Shown piece after piece: positions 30,229 to 40,482 of a DNA stretch of 64,000 nt. A model generated the notes under the pieces. It searched no databases, was not told the origin of the DNA, and saw only the letters and a program-made list of their open reading frames with translations. Positions within the stretch are counted from its first letter, which is position 1, and each line of letters starts with the position of its first letter. The stretch spans positions 11,833-75,832 of the forward strand of contig JAJDUM010000046.1 in the NCBI GenBank assembly GCA_022826645.1, given 5' to 3'. The stretch is from Candidatus Poribacteria bacterium. Its GTDB lineage: Bacteria > Poribacteria > WGA-4E > PCPOR2b. The translations under genes and the position numbers were made by a program.

Positions 30229-30231
30229 AAT

Positions 30232-31641
30232 TTAATTGAGTGGGGGTCGCTTGTCCGCCCACGGTGCGATTGCCTCAAAGGCGGCAGACGCGCGGAGGAC
30301 GGTTACATCGTCGCGCCACCGTCCGACGATCTGTAGCCCAACCGGTAGTCCATTGTGGTCAAAGCCGCAAGGAACTGATGCTGCAGGCTGACCTGTGATG
30401 TTAAACGGATAGGTGAACGCTGTCCAGCTCAGATATGTGGTCGGTTGGCCGTCGATCTGTCCCGGATGATCATCGCCAGCCGGAAACGCCGTCACAGGCA
30501 GTGTGGGGGTTAGTACCAGGTCGTATCCCTCCATGAATTGACGCCAAGTGTGATAGTAGTCATTTCGTTTTGCGTAGGCGATGGCGACCTCAGCGCCTGA
30601 AAGTTCGAGTCCCTGCTCTATCACTCTCACCAAACCCGGATCAATCTGATCCCGGACCGCATCTAAGTCGTGGAGATGCAAACCTGCAAATGCGGACGCC
30701 CAGATAACATGCACAATGCTCTCCCACGGATCTTCGAGGTTGGGGTGGGCTTCCTCAATGTGGCAACCGAGTTCTTCAAAGCGCAATGCTGCTTTCGTGA
30801 CGATCTCACGGACTTCCGGATCGACTAAGGCGTAACCCAGATCGGGTGACCACGCGACCCGCATACCGACGATGTCCCCTTCCAGAGCAGCTAAATAATC
30901 GGTATCAGTGGGAATCGAGAGACGGTCACGCGGATCGGCACCCGCCATGATGTTCAACATGAGCGCGGAATCGGCGACTGTCCGCGTCATGGGACCGAGG
31001 TGAGAGAACAGCTCGACCGCACTGGCGGGATATTGTGGGATAATTCCCCACGACGGCTTGAGCCCATAGACACCGCAAAAACTGGTAGGGATCCGAATCG
31101 AGCCGGCACCATCGCTCCCTTGGGCCAGGGGTCCCAACCCCGCGGCAAGCGCTGCCGTCCCGCCGCCGCTGGAGCCGCCAGCGGTGCGACCGTGCTGCCA
31201 TGGATTATGGGTGGAACCGATGATACGGTTCGTTGAGTCCCCCTTCCACCCGAATTCAGGGAGGTTGGTCTTGCCTATTATCACAGCGCCGGCAGCGTGA
31301 AACCGATCCATGATCGGTGCATCAAAATCCGACACCGAATCTCTGTAACGCCAAGAGCCGCGGGTTGTGCGAAACCCTGTCATCGCCACGAGGTCTTTTA
31401 TTGAGGTTGGGATCCCCGCCAACGGGGGCGGAGATTCGTCGGTTTGGTAGGCTTTTTCTGCGGCACGTGCGCCCTTGAGCGCGAGTTCCGGCGTCGTTGT
31501 GATGAAGGCGTTGAGGCTCGGATTCAGTTGATCCATACGGCGAAGTATTGCCTCCGTGACCTCAACGGGTGATACCTCGCGTTTCTGGTATAGGTCCCGC
31601 AATTGCAGGGCTGATAAATAGCAGAGATCGGTTTCTGTCAT
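30232..31641 (-). CDS. Amidase (amidase-signature family, GatA-like)
   Basis: GGSSGGGTAALAAGLGPLAQGSDGAGSIRIP is the AS-family signature with catalytic Ser. Confidence 0.85.
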   Translation of the reverse strand: MTETDLCYLSALQLRDLYQKREVSPVEVTEAILRRMDQLNPSLNAFITTTPELALKGARAAEKAYQTDESPPPLAGIPTSIKDLVAMTGFRTTRGSWRYRDSVSDFDAPIMDRFHAAGAVIIGKTNLPEFGWKGDSTNRIIGSTHNPWQHGRTAGGSSGGGTAALAAGLGPLAQGSDGAGSIRIPTSFCGVYGLKPSWGIIPQYPASAVELFSHLGPMTRTVADSALMLNIMAGADPRDRLSIPTDTDYLAALEGDIVGMRVAWSPDLGYALVDPEVREIVTKAALRFEELGCHIEEAHPNLEDPWESIVHVIWASAFAGLHLHDLDAVRDQIDPGLVRVIEQGLELSGAEVAIAYAKRNDYYHTWRQFMEGYDLVLTPTLPVTAFPAGDDHPGQIDGQPTTYLSWTAFTYPFNITGQPAASVPCGFDHNGLPVGLQIVGRWRDDVTVLRASAAFEAIAPWADKRPPLN

Positions 31642-31674
31642 ATCTGAACTCTTTTCGTCGAAATGGGTATAAAC

Positions 31675-31738
31675 GTGAAACGTGATGCGTAAAACGTGAA
31701 AACAATTTGTTCATTGGTTCATCAATGAACTCAATCGG
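31675..31738 (+). repeat. GTGAAACGTGA element, copy 5
   Basis: gtgaaacgtgatgcgtaaaacgtgaaaacaatttgttcattggttcatcaatgaactcaatcgg. Confidence 0.6.
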
Positions 31739-31827
31739 TTGCTGTTGCACGATTTCTTAACGTGAAACGAAAAAGATGATACAAATAATTGGGAGGCAAG
31801 TCAACGGAAAAATAGAAGGAGATTACG

Positions 31828-32709
31828 ATGGCTCAATTGAAATACTCAGTAATCGTTGACACATTGGGAAGTTTCGGGTTAGACATTTGGGAACAGCCGC
31901 GCGAGGTACTTGAACTGATAAAGAACGCCGGCTATGACGGCATAGACCTCACCGCAGAGCCTGACCGAATTGCGATAGGACGGTATAGGGAAATTGCTGA
32001 GATAGCGAGGTCAATGGGGTTGGAGATTGCGGCACTGCTTGGGGCATGGGCGACGTGGCACGCAGGGGAGGCGCGGGATCTGGCGTCCACCGACGATAAG
32101 GCTCGGCGTTATGCAATCGGTTACGCCCAAAAATGCACTGATTTAGCGGTGGATCTGAATGCGTCTGTCTATGAGATCTGCTGTTGCCCGGCTGAACCGA
32201 AGTACCCGGAGCATGATATCCCGCTCCCGACGGTGCGAGAAAATTTCGTCCAGTCCGCACGAGAGATAAGTCGTTACGCTGGCGACCGTGGTGTGCGGGT
32301 GGCGATGGAACCGGTGAATCGGTTTGAAGGCTATGCGGGGTTCATGAACAGTGTGGTTGACGCTGTCGGTGTTGCTGACGAAGTCGGTGAGGAGAACTTG
32401 GGCGTGATGGTGGACTTTTTCCATGCGAACATTGAAGATGTCTCCGTTCCCGATGCTATCCGGCGGGCGGAACGCCGACTGATGCTGATTCATCTAGCAG
32501 ATAGCAACCGCCAAATGCCGGGGATGGGGCATATTGATTTTACGGGCGTGATTAGAGAACTCGACGCAATCGGATTTGAGGGGTATCTCTCCCTAGATTG
32601 TCTGCCTGCAAGACCTGACCCCAACACCTATTTAACGCATTCTATTGATTATATGAAACAGTTAGAGGAGGCGGTCGCGCTGGAGAAGCGGCTCTCTGAG
32701 TTAAAGTAA
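31828..32709 (+). CDS. Sugar phosphate isomerase/epimerase (xylose-isomerase-like TIM barrel)
   Basis: 293 aa; AGGAGA RBS; conserved E/D/H pattern (AMEPVN..., FFHANIEDV..., IHLADS...) typical of the family. Confidence 0.7.
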   Translation: MAQLKYSVIVDTLGSFGLDIWEQPREVLELIKNAGYDGIDLTAEPDRIAIGRYREIAEIARSMGLEIAALLGAWATWHAGEARDLASTDDKARRYAIGYAQKCTDLAVDLNASVYEICCCPAEPKYPEHDIPLPTVRENFVQSAREISRYAGDRGVRVAMEPVNRFEGYAGFMNSVVDAVGVADEVGEENLGVMVDFFHANIEDVSVPDAIRRAERRLMLIHLADSNRQMPGMGHIDFTGVIRELDAIGFEGYLSLDCLPARPDPNTYLTHSIDYMKQLEEAVALEKRLSELK

Positions 32710-32735
32710 GCCTAGCCACTCGGTATGGTGATAGT

Positions 32736-33740
32736 CTAATTCGGTACGGTTTGGGGTTTGCCAGTGCGAGCGGCTTCGTCCAAAGCGTTACATATAGTCA
32801 CAGCATGGACACCGTCGCGTGCGTTGCAGAGGGTATCCCCGTCTGTCCGGATCGCTTCTAACAGGTTCACCATCATCGACGCCTTCGCTATTTCCTCCTC
32901 TGGCAATTTCCGCGCGTCCAGATATTCAATTTCGCAGGCACCAAAGTCGACGCGCGTCATGTGAGAGGAAAAGACCGCGCTACGTTCTCCATCCCACATC
33001 TGATGGAACCACTTGGACACGAAGGGGTTCATCCCTTGATCGGTGCTAATTACTGTGGAGAGGCCGCCGCTTTTCCAGAGAATTGTCCCCACCAGTCCGT
33101 CGGGGTAGCCGGCGGTGCCTTTGTTTTGTCCGAAGATCCTCCCTTCCGCATAGATCCGATCCGGCTCGCTGTCCATCAGATATGTGAGCAGATCAATGGT
33201 ATGGACCGCGGTACTGATCAGCAAGCCGCCGCCATCGTCTGCGTGCCAGACCCAAGTGCTACCGCTCGCACCGGAGTCGTTCATTGCCAACTGACCGTGA
33301 CTCATGCGCGGTTGGGATAGTAGTTCTCGCGCTTTCTGCGCTGTGGGTGCAATCCGAAATTTGCAGTTGATTACGAGCTTGATGCCGGTCCGTTCCACCA
33401 TCTCAGCCACCTCAACGGCTTGGGCACGGGTCACGCACATCGGTTTTTCCAACAGAATGTGTTTTCTAGCTTCAGCCGCAGCGAGTGCGAGCGGATGGTG
33501 GGCATCGTGGTGGGTGGCGATCACTATCAGATCGATGGAATCGTCGCGCATGATGCGGTCGGCGTCGGTTGTGGCGTAGGAACCGCCAAATTCCGTTAGT
33601 GCCGCTGCGGCTTTCCCTTCAATCTCGTCACAATAACCGACCAATTCGATTCCCAGACTTTTTGCTTTTGCGGCATGGCCTCGTCCCATACCGCCACACC
33701 CTATCAAAGCAGCCTTGAATCCAGATCCAATTAGGGTCAT
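32736..33740 (-). CDS. Gfo/Idh/MocA family NAD(P)-dependent oxidoreductase
   Basis: N-terminal ALIGCGGMGRGHA Rossmann motif and family-typical central region; AAGGAG RBS. Confidence 0.85.
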   Translation of the reverse strand: MTLIGSGFKAALIGCGGMGRGHAAKAKSLGIELVGYCDEIEGKAAAALTEFGGSYATTDADRIMRDDSIDLIVIATHHDAHHPLALAAAEARKHILLEKPMCVTRAQAVEVAEMVERTGIKLVINCKFRIAPTAQKARELLSQPRMSHGQLAMNDSGASGSTWVWHADDGGGLLISTAVHTIDLLTYLMDSEPDRIYAEGRIFGQNKGTAGYPDGLVGTILWKSGGLSTVISTDQGMNPFVSKWFHQMWDGERSAVFSSHMTRVDFGACEIEYLDARKLPEEEIAKASMMVNLLEAIRTDGDTLCNARDGVHAVTICNALDEAARTGKPQTVPN

Positions 33741-33989
33741 TTTGGTTCTCCTTAAATCGTAAGACTCATATATAGTGGATCTTAGAATTAATGAGACACT
33801 CCAAACCGGCGCGGTTGGAAACCGCGCCTACCAAACACGGGGGCAAAAGTGTCTATTTATTTTTAGAATTCACCATAGAAAGAAAGGCAATCCACAAAGA
33901 GAAATCGAGTTTTCAAGAAAAAGCTGGTTTCTGTTCCACGATTTCTTAAATTGAGCGAATCGTAAAACGCCAAGGATTTACTACAAGGC

Positions 33990-34826
33990 TCACCGAATCG
34001 TGACGCCGACCTCTTTGGCGACGGATCGGATATGTTCAGCACCGAGCGCGTATTCGTCGGCAGAGGGCAGGTGTTCAAGCATCAACGGTATATCCGGATC
34101 GAGGCGATCCAGTTCGCGTAGATACGTTGCGTAGTCGAGTCCACCAAGACCGGGACGGGTTTCATCAAGGTGGAGGGTAAGGTTATCGGCGATTATGATG
34201 TCCTTTGCGTGGCAGCTTTTCATATAGGGACCGAGTTTAGCAAAACAGTCGCGGATGAGATCCCCGCTGTGGTAGTAGCGTTCAAGGCTGTTGATGATGT
34301 TGACGGGGTCGAGATGGACAGCACACTGCGTCCTATTGATGGCTTTGATTAGACGGAGGTAACTGTCGGGTCCTACGGGATACGCCCATGGCATGGTTTC
34401 GAGTGTGTAGAATGTCCGCGCGGGTTTCACAGCATCGATAATTGAGCGAACGCTTTCGACAATCAGATCGAAGGTGCCCTCAGTTAGATTGTCAGGGTGA
34501 GGCCCATCCCACTTGGGTCCGCGTGAGCCGGAGATGTTGACACAGCAGTTTGCACCGACCCGATCCGCGAGCGCAAGTTGGGTCCGACATTTTTCGAGGG
34601 CAGCCTCGCGTTCCGTATCGTCAACACTGATTGGATTGCTCCATGCACCGACTTCCGCAATGACGATATCCGCTCTTTTTGCGGCTTCGATGTAGGCATT
34701 AATGGTTGTCTGATCGCTGTCTGCATCGACAGGGCAGAAGGCAGCGCTGTATCCGTGATTTTTGACCGCTTTTGCCCAGCTATCGGGATCGGAATTTTCA
34801 CCAAATATTGGTCCGCCAAGTCGCAT
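33990..34826 (-). CDS. Sugar phosphate isomerase/epimerase (xylose-isomerase-like TIM barrel)
   Basis: 278 aa; GGAGG RBS; family-like pattern. Confidence 0.65.
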   Translation of the reverse strand: MRLGGPIFGENSDPDSWAKAVKNHGYSAAFCPVDADSDQTTINAYIEAAKRADIVIAEVGAWSNPISVDDTEREAALEKCRTQLALADRVGANCCVNISGSRGPKWDGPHPDNLTEGTFDLIVESVRSIIDAVKPARTFYTLETMPWAYPVGPDSYLRLIKAINRTQCAVHLDPVNIINSLERYYHSGDLIRDCFAKLGPYMKSCHAKDIIIADNLTLHLDETRPGLGGLDYATYLRELDRLDPDIPLMLEHLPSADEYALGAEHIRSVAKEVGVTIR

Positions 34827-35433
34827 TATTACCTCCTCGTATGTTCAATTAAGCATCTCTAATCCATCTATAGAGTCATTCAGTTCTTCGGGCGGGGCAA
34901 GTCGCTTTGGATCCCGATTTATCGGGGACGCCCCGCCTACGGTGAAGGGGCAACCTCTCGTCTACCCTCCAAAATTGGCAAAAAAACGGAAAACGAAACA
35001 ACCCTGAATCCATCTATTTTCCACTTGACATGCCTTGTGTTATTCAATCACAATATGCTCCCTGAGAACACCGTTTATTCCAATCGAAGCCTACCCAAGG
35101 GCAACCACAAGGGTTGCCCCTACAGGTACATTTGCCACAATGGGAAAATTCCCCAAATTCCCCATGAAATTGCATAATGGCATTTGGGCTGCCACTATTC
35201 GCCGATTGCTCAGTGCTGTGGTTAGCATGACGGCTACGACATACGGCCCCCTGATAAATCCCCGATACATCGGGACAAGCGGGATTTAAAGCAATATGCC
35301 TACTACTTTAACACACCTGTCGCACGGATAAGTCTATGGGTCGGGCAAGATGCCCGACCTACGGGGAGGTGTGCAGGTTATTCTACTGTTTTTCACCGTC
35401 CGTGTCTACTTTTTTAGGGATAGTGATCGAAAA

Positions 35434-36144
35434 ATGCGCCTCGAAAAATTCCTTTCTGAATCCGGCCTCGCTTCTCGACGGGACGCGAAGCGATACATCT
35501 TTGACGGACGGGTCGCGGTGAATGGCGAGCGGGTGTTGATCCCCGGCACGCACATTGCTCCCCGGCGGGATGCGGTTACGTTTGACGGTGAACCGGTGCG
35601 TGGGCAACCTCGGCAGATACACTTGATGCTAAATAAACCGGCGGGCTATGTGACAACGGTGCGCGATGAACGGGGACGTCCGACGGTTATGGCGTTGGTA
35701 GGTGATATATCGGAACGCATCTACCCGGTCGGTCGACTGGATCTTGATACCGAGGGATTGCTGCTGATGACGAACGATGGTAATTTCGCACATAGGATCC
35801 TTCATCCAAGCCATGAGATTCAGAAAACCTACATTGCATGGGTAGAGGGACACCCAAACCGGCAGACGGTTCAGAGATTGCGAGAAGGGATCGAGATTGA
35901 AGACGGGATAACTGCTGCGGCGCAGGTCGACCAAATTGAACGGAGAGAAGGAGAATCACAATTTAGGGTTGTTATTCACGAGGGAAGAAAGCGGCAGATA
36001 CGGCGTATGTTCCACGCTGTAGGTCACGATGTTCTACATCTCAAACGGATAGGGATTGGATCGCTTTCGCTGGGACGGCTACCAATTGGGAAATATCGCC
36101 CTTTAACGCCGACGGAAATCGAATCTTTCGGACGTAGCGTTTAG
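35434..36144 (+). CDS. Pseudouridine synthase, RsuA/RluB family (S4 domain plus catalytic domain)
   Basis: MRLEKFLSESGLASRRDAKRYI (S4 domain), then ...IYPVGRLDLDTEGLLLMTNDG... with the catalytic Asp. The track ORF is extended upstream over REP elements. Confidence 0.85.
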   Translation: MRLEKFLSESGLASRRDAKRYIFDGRVAVNGERVLIPGTHIAPRRDAVTFDGEPVRGQPRQIHLMLNKPAGYVTTVRDERGRPTVMALVGDISERIYPVGRLDLDTEGLLLMTNDGNFAHRILHPSHEIQKTYIAWVEGHPNRQTVQRLREGIEIEDGITAAAQVDQIERREGESQFRVVIHEGRKRQIRRMFHAVGHDVLHLKRIGIGSLSLGRLPIGKYRPLTPTEIESFGRSV

Positions 36145-36379
36145 CAGCGGTATCGGCATCCTGTGGATCTGCTGGAGTGAAAAGCACTTGACGGGCGGGG
36201 AGACCCCGCCTCTACGATGACAGGTAAAACGCGCTTGCACACGCCTCGAATCGATGTGACCAAAACCTAAATGTCGAGATGTGAATCTCGACCTACAGAC
36301 TACTTCACGAACTTTGTGAGTGGGGAGCCCCGTGCCCACGGGAATACAGACGGGTACGTGACTAAGAAATTGCGTTGTA

Positions 36380-37909
36380 TTACTGGTCATCCAGCTCCGG
36401 CAGTTCGGACGTTTCCTGCGCTATCTCCTCGTCACCGAGGCATAGGAGGTAGTCCTTCAGTCCAATATACAACTTTCCATCGGCGATGGCCGGTGAGGAG
36501 TAGATTGGACCACCACCGGCGATTCTGGCTGTATCAAACTCCCATACCACCTGACCGCTGCCGCTGTCGATTTTGTAGATGACGCCGTTACCTGCACCGG
36601 CATATACCGAACGCCCCGTAACCGCTGGGGAGGACACAATTGGGGATCCGATGCGCGATTTCCAATCCAAAGTGCCGTCTGTGGCGTTGAGCGCGTAGAC
36701 GTGTCCATCGCGCGACCCGAAATAGACGGATCCGTTACGATAGGCGACTGCTGTTAGGACAGAATCTTCGGCTTCATATTCCCAGACCTGCTCTCCCGTG
36801 TCCGCGTTACGGGCGGTGACCCGTCCCTGTGGCACTTCAGCACTTTCGATAAAGTTCCCGTTACCGAGTCCGAAAAAGACTGTATCACCATCGGCACTCG
36901 GACTCCCCCAAGCAGGGTAATCCACCGACTTTGACCAGACCTCTGTACCGCTGTTTGCGTCGACAGCGTAGATGCGATATTCGCCGTAACCGGTGCCGAA
37001 GTAGACCTTCCCCTTCCATACCGCTGGCGATACGTCTACGTGGATAGATGGATAGTGCCAAATTTGCTTTCCTTCAAGCGCGTCAAGGCAGTAGACACCG
37101 TCGTTCCCCGCACCGAAATAGACCTTTCCTTGACTGACGAAGGGGGTTGATTCCACGTGGCTCGCTGTTTTGAACTTCCAGATTGAGTGCCCATTATTCG
37201 CATCAAGACAGTAGAGATGGCAATCTGCATCTTGGTGAAAGCCCTCACCGACATAAACGCGCCCGCCTACAACTGCTGGTGAAGAGAAGATCTGGACGGG
37301 TCCTTCAAGTCTCCAGAAGTTATGACCGTTATAGGTGTTCAGGCAGTAAACTGCGCCGCCGCTGGAAAAGAACGAGCCCTGTGCGGCAGAAATATAGACA
37401 AGCGGACCAACCACCGCGGGCGAAGAGGCAAAATCGACGACAACGTCGCCTTCCCCTTTGAATAACCACGAAACCGCGGGGTTCGTGGGTCCGGGGAGAT
37501 TATCGAGCACTCCGGTTCGTGTAACGCCTCCTCGAAAGGCAGGCCAGGGCCGTTGCGGAGGCTGGTTCTCAAGCGGAACACCGCCCTTTATTGTGGCATA
37601 CTGAAGACCAGTATAGATAACCCAAACACCTGCACCCAGAAGGGCAAGCACAAGTATCAGGACAATTGTCTTGAGGAGGACGGATTCGCGGAGGCGGTAG
37701 AACAACCCCATTAGCCAATCACGAGCGAATACGACCACGGTAAGAACGGCGATGCCTACCACTGCGAGGATCTGTGGGATAACACTGAGTAGGGCGGAGA
37801 GCGGACCTAAGAGCTGCGGGATAACCGCATAGGCTGTGCCCGCTGCGCTGAAGGCGAGGCAGAACAAGATCAGCCCTAAGATTCTGGGTTTTGCTTTTTG
37901 TTGGTTCAT
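36380..37909 (-). CDS. Membrane-anchored PQQ-like beta-propeller repeat protein
   Basis: N-terminal TM helices, then repeated ...GKVYFG..DG.VYALDA.TG...W modules. The start is ambiguous (ATG at 37909 or 37933; no clear SD). Confidence 0.65.
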   Translation of the reverse strand: MNQQKAKPRILGLILFCLAFSAAGTAYAVIPQLLGPLSALLSVIPQILAVVGIAVLTVVVFARDWLMGLFYRLRESVLLKTIVLILVLALLGAGVWVIYTGLQYATIKGGVPLENQPPQRPWPAFRGGVTRTGVLDNLPGPTNPAVSWLFKGEGDVVVDFASSPAVVGPLVYISAAQGSFFSSGGAVYCLNTYNGHNFWRLEGPVQIFSSPAVVGGRVYVGEGFHQDADCHLYCLDANNGHSIWKFKTASHVESTPFVSQGKVYFGAGNDGVYCLDALEGKQIWHYPSIHVDVSPAVWKGKVYFGTGYGEYRIYAVDANSGTEVWSKSVDYPAWGSPSADGDTVFFGLGNGNFIESAEVPQGRVTARNADTGEQVWEYEAEDSVLTAVAYRNGSVYFGSRDGHVYALNATDGTLDWKSRIGSPIVSSPAVTGRSVYAGAGNGVIYKIDSGSGQVVWEFDTARIAGGGPIYSSPAIADGKLYIGLKDYLLCLGDEEIAQETSELPELDDQ

Positions 37910-38280
37910 TGGTTCGTCAGTACATGAGTTCATTAAAATGTAGCACAAACTGTTAGTTTGCGGGCTCGGATCACAACCTATGGTGAATTTTACAATTTAC
38001 TGGACATTTCTGAATTGTAGGAGGGAACGCCGATTTCCGACGTGTCGCGATTTGGAAATCGCTCCTACCAAAGAGGTGTCAATGGATTTTCATAATTCAC
38101 TATAAATGAAGATTAATTGATTAATTAGGTAATTTTCGAGCGATGTCCGGTGCGGTTGGAAACCGCACCTACCGGGCCTGGAGAAAAATATAGAACTACC
38201 GAGTTATTTTCTGAAACCTCATACAGATTCCGGCACCAAAGACCACTTTTATGAAATAAATTTCTGAAACAAAGTTCATG

Positions 38281-39474
38281 TTACGATTTGTCGTTTAGCC
38301 ATTCGACGGTGAAATGGATTAGGTTCTCTATTATCTGGTAATTGATAAAAACATTCGCGCTGGTTTCGTTCTGGATGCCTGTGATCAGGTACATCCCTTT
38401 GCCGTATTTGAGGGTCGCAAAGGCGATCTCTCTCCCACTGTTTGTGGTGGCAAGGATTGTGTATTTATCGCTCCAATCTGTCCACGTGTCGTCGAGGAAG
38501 ACATCCCCGAACTCGATTTCGTTCGGTTCACTAAACAGTTTACCCGCTGCCCGTGTTGGCTCAAAGTCGCTACGCCCCAACCGTTCTACTCCCTTCATCG
38601 GTTCGGGGATCCAGCCGGTAGCACACGGTCGATCGTCGTCGCTGTCTTGCCCTGAAACGATAACGACACCACCGCGTTTCACAAACGCTTTGATCTTGTT
38701 CTCCCGCTCTTTCGTCAGGCGATATTTATCTTCACAGATTTCCCCTTGCCCCAACCAGAGAATGTCGGCGTGGTCGAGGGTCGGTAGGTTGCGATCTTTC
38801 GTTCTCTGATAAACTGTCTGGTGTTCCCCAACCGGACTGAAGGCAGAAAGGGTGCGAAACTCGACGTTGTAACGATTGCCGGAGAGGACGAGAACCCGCA
38901 CCGCACTGGCAGGTGCTTCGGCGAGGGATTGGACTATTGAAGTGCTGGCATTATCGGGTTTGGCTCTCCCAGCAAGTGCATCCCGCACGAGCTTCTGAAA
39001 GTCGGGCGTTGAGCCTTTGTAGGTGCGGTGCATGTAGATTTCAATATGGGTAAAATTCCACCAGACGCGGCTTTTATTCGATCTGTCTTGAGCAAAGGTT
39101 TGGAACCATGTGCCATCGACATGTCCAAGGCTAGGGATTCGCCGCCCTTCCCTCTTATAGAAGATTATAATCGGCTTCCCGACTTTAAACTTCTCCATCA
39201 TCTTTTCCGGGAAGTTGCCCTGCCCGGTGGACAGATTAATTTTAATTTCTTGAAACTTGCTCTGTCCCTTGAGGTTCTCTTCAACTTTCACCTTAGCGGT
39301 CATACGTTTTGGATTGACTGATGCAACAGTCCCAAAGAGGACGTTGCTGGACTCGGCTAGCACTTCTTGGAGGGTGTAGTGTCGCGCGATAAAGGCTGGG
39401 GCTTGAGAGGAAGTAAATAGGGACTGCAAACTCAGCAGCAAAATAGAAGAGAGCAGTAACAACCTCGTTCTCAT
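38281..39474 (-). CDS. Secreted hypothetical protein (397 aa)
   Basis: Signal peptide MRTRLLLLSSILLLSLQSLFTSSQA; AAGGAG RBS; no confident domain. Confidence 0.5.
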   Translation of the reverse strand: MRTRLLLLSSILLLSLQSLFTSSQAPAFIARHYTLQEVLAESSNVLFGTVASVNPKRMTAKVKVEENLKGQSKFQEIKINLSTGQGNFPEKMMEKFKVGKPIIIFYKREGRRIPSLGHVDGTWFQTFAQDRSNKSRVWWNFTHIEIYMHRTYKGSTPDFQKLVRDALAGRAKPDNASTSIVQSLAEAPASAVRVLVLSGNRYNVEFRTLSAFSPVGEHQTVYQRTKDRNLPTLDHADILWLGQGEICEDKYRLTKERENKIKAFVKRGGVVIVSGQDSDDDRPCATGWIPEPMKGVERLGRSDFEPTRAAGKLFSEPNEIEFGDVFLDDTWTDWSDKYTILATTNSGREIAFATLKYGKGMYLITGIQNETSANVFINYQIIENLIHFTVEWLNDKS

Positions 39475-39486
39475 AGGTTATGAACT

Positions 39487-39535
39487 CCTTAAGGGCGTGA
39501 AACGTGATGCGTGAAACGTGAAAACTATTTGTTCA
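39487..39535 (+). repeat. GTGAAACGTGA element, copy 6, directly abutting the RBS of the 38281..39474 gene
   Basis: gtgaaacgtgatgcgtgaaacgtgaaaactatttgttcat. Confidence 0.6.
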
Positions 39536-39680
39536 TCGCTCATGTTAAGAATTAGTGCAACAGCACCAACTTGCCTCAAAAACCGTAGGCGGGGCATCTT
39601 GCCCCGCTCTCAACGCTTTCACCGTAATTGCACTCGGTTTTTACATGAGCCTTGTTCATTTATTTACTAGTTCATATAGG

Positions 39681-40451
39681 TTAGGTTGTATCAGCATTTA
39701 AGATTTCCAAAACATGGGGGTGTAGACTCGGAGTAGCAGCGACACACGAATCGCCTTGGACGACATCGCTGCCATCCCACGCGGTGACAACGCCACCGGC
39801 ACCACGAACGACCGGGATGACTGGAAGGACGTCCCACGGATTCACGATGGGATCGAGCATGATGTCAGCCCCTCCGCAGGCGAGTAACAGATACCCGTAG
39901 CAGTCGCCCCATGTGCGGAACATCTTCGCACCGTGGAGCAGATTATCAAATCCTGCCCGATTCTGATATTTGCCGATACTCAGAATATCTGTTGTTAGCA
40001 GGATCGCTTCAGAAAGCGTGTCGGTCTCTGGAACATGCACTGGATGTCCGTTGATGGTTGTTTGCTCGTTATCACCGATGCACAGCTGCTCTAAGATGGG
40101 TTGATTGATTACGCCCAAGACCGGTTGTCCCTCATGCAGGAGACAGATAAGCGTTCCGAAAAGCGGGCAGCCACTCGTAAATGATTTTGTGCCGTCTATT
40201 GGATCGAGCACCCAGACAAACTCGGCATTCTCATTTTCGTTACCGAACTCCTCTCCGATGATCCCGTGGTTTGGGAATTCTTTGCGGATCAGATGGCGCA
40301 TAACCTCCTCCGCCCCTCGATCCGCGGCGGTGACAGGTGTCTCGTCTGCTTTCAGTTCAACTTCAAGGTCGAAAGCGGCAAAATACGGCTTTATGACTTC
40401 GGCACTCTCCGCTGCTAGTTGACGAACAAAATTGATAAATTCTTCCCGCAC
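39681..40451 (-). CDS. Inositol monophosphatase family protein (IMPase/SuhB/HisN-like)
   Basis: Motifs WVLDPIDGT and ...WD... are characteristic of the Li-sensitive phosphatase family. Confidence 0.85.
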   Translation of the reverse strand: MREEFINFVRQLAAESAEVIKPYFAAFDLEVELKADETPVTAADRGAEEVMRHLIRKEFPNHGIIGEEFGNENENAEFVWVLDPIDGTKSFTSGCPLFGTLICLLHEGQPVLGVINQPILEQLCIGDNEQTTINGHPVHVPETDTLSEAILLTTDILSIGKYQNRAGFDNLLHGAKMFRTWGDCYGYLLLACGGADIMLDPIVNPWDVLPVIPVVRGAGGVVTAWDGSDVVQGDSCVAATPSLHPHVLEILNADTT

Positions 40452-40482
40452 TACTGTTCCTTTCCGTTACTGAATTATCCTC

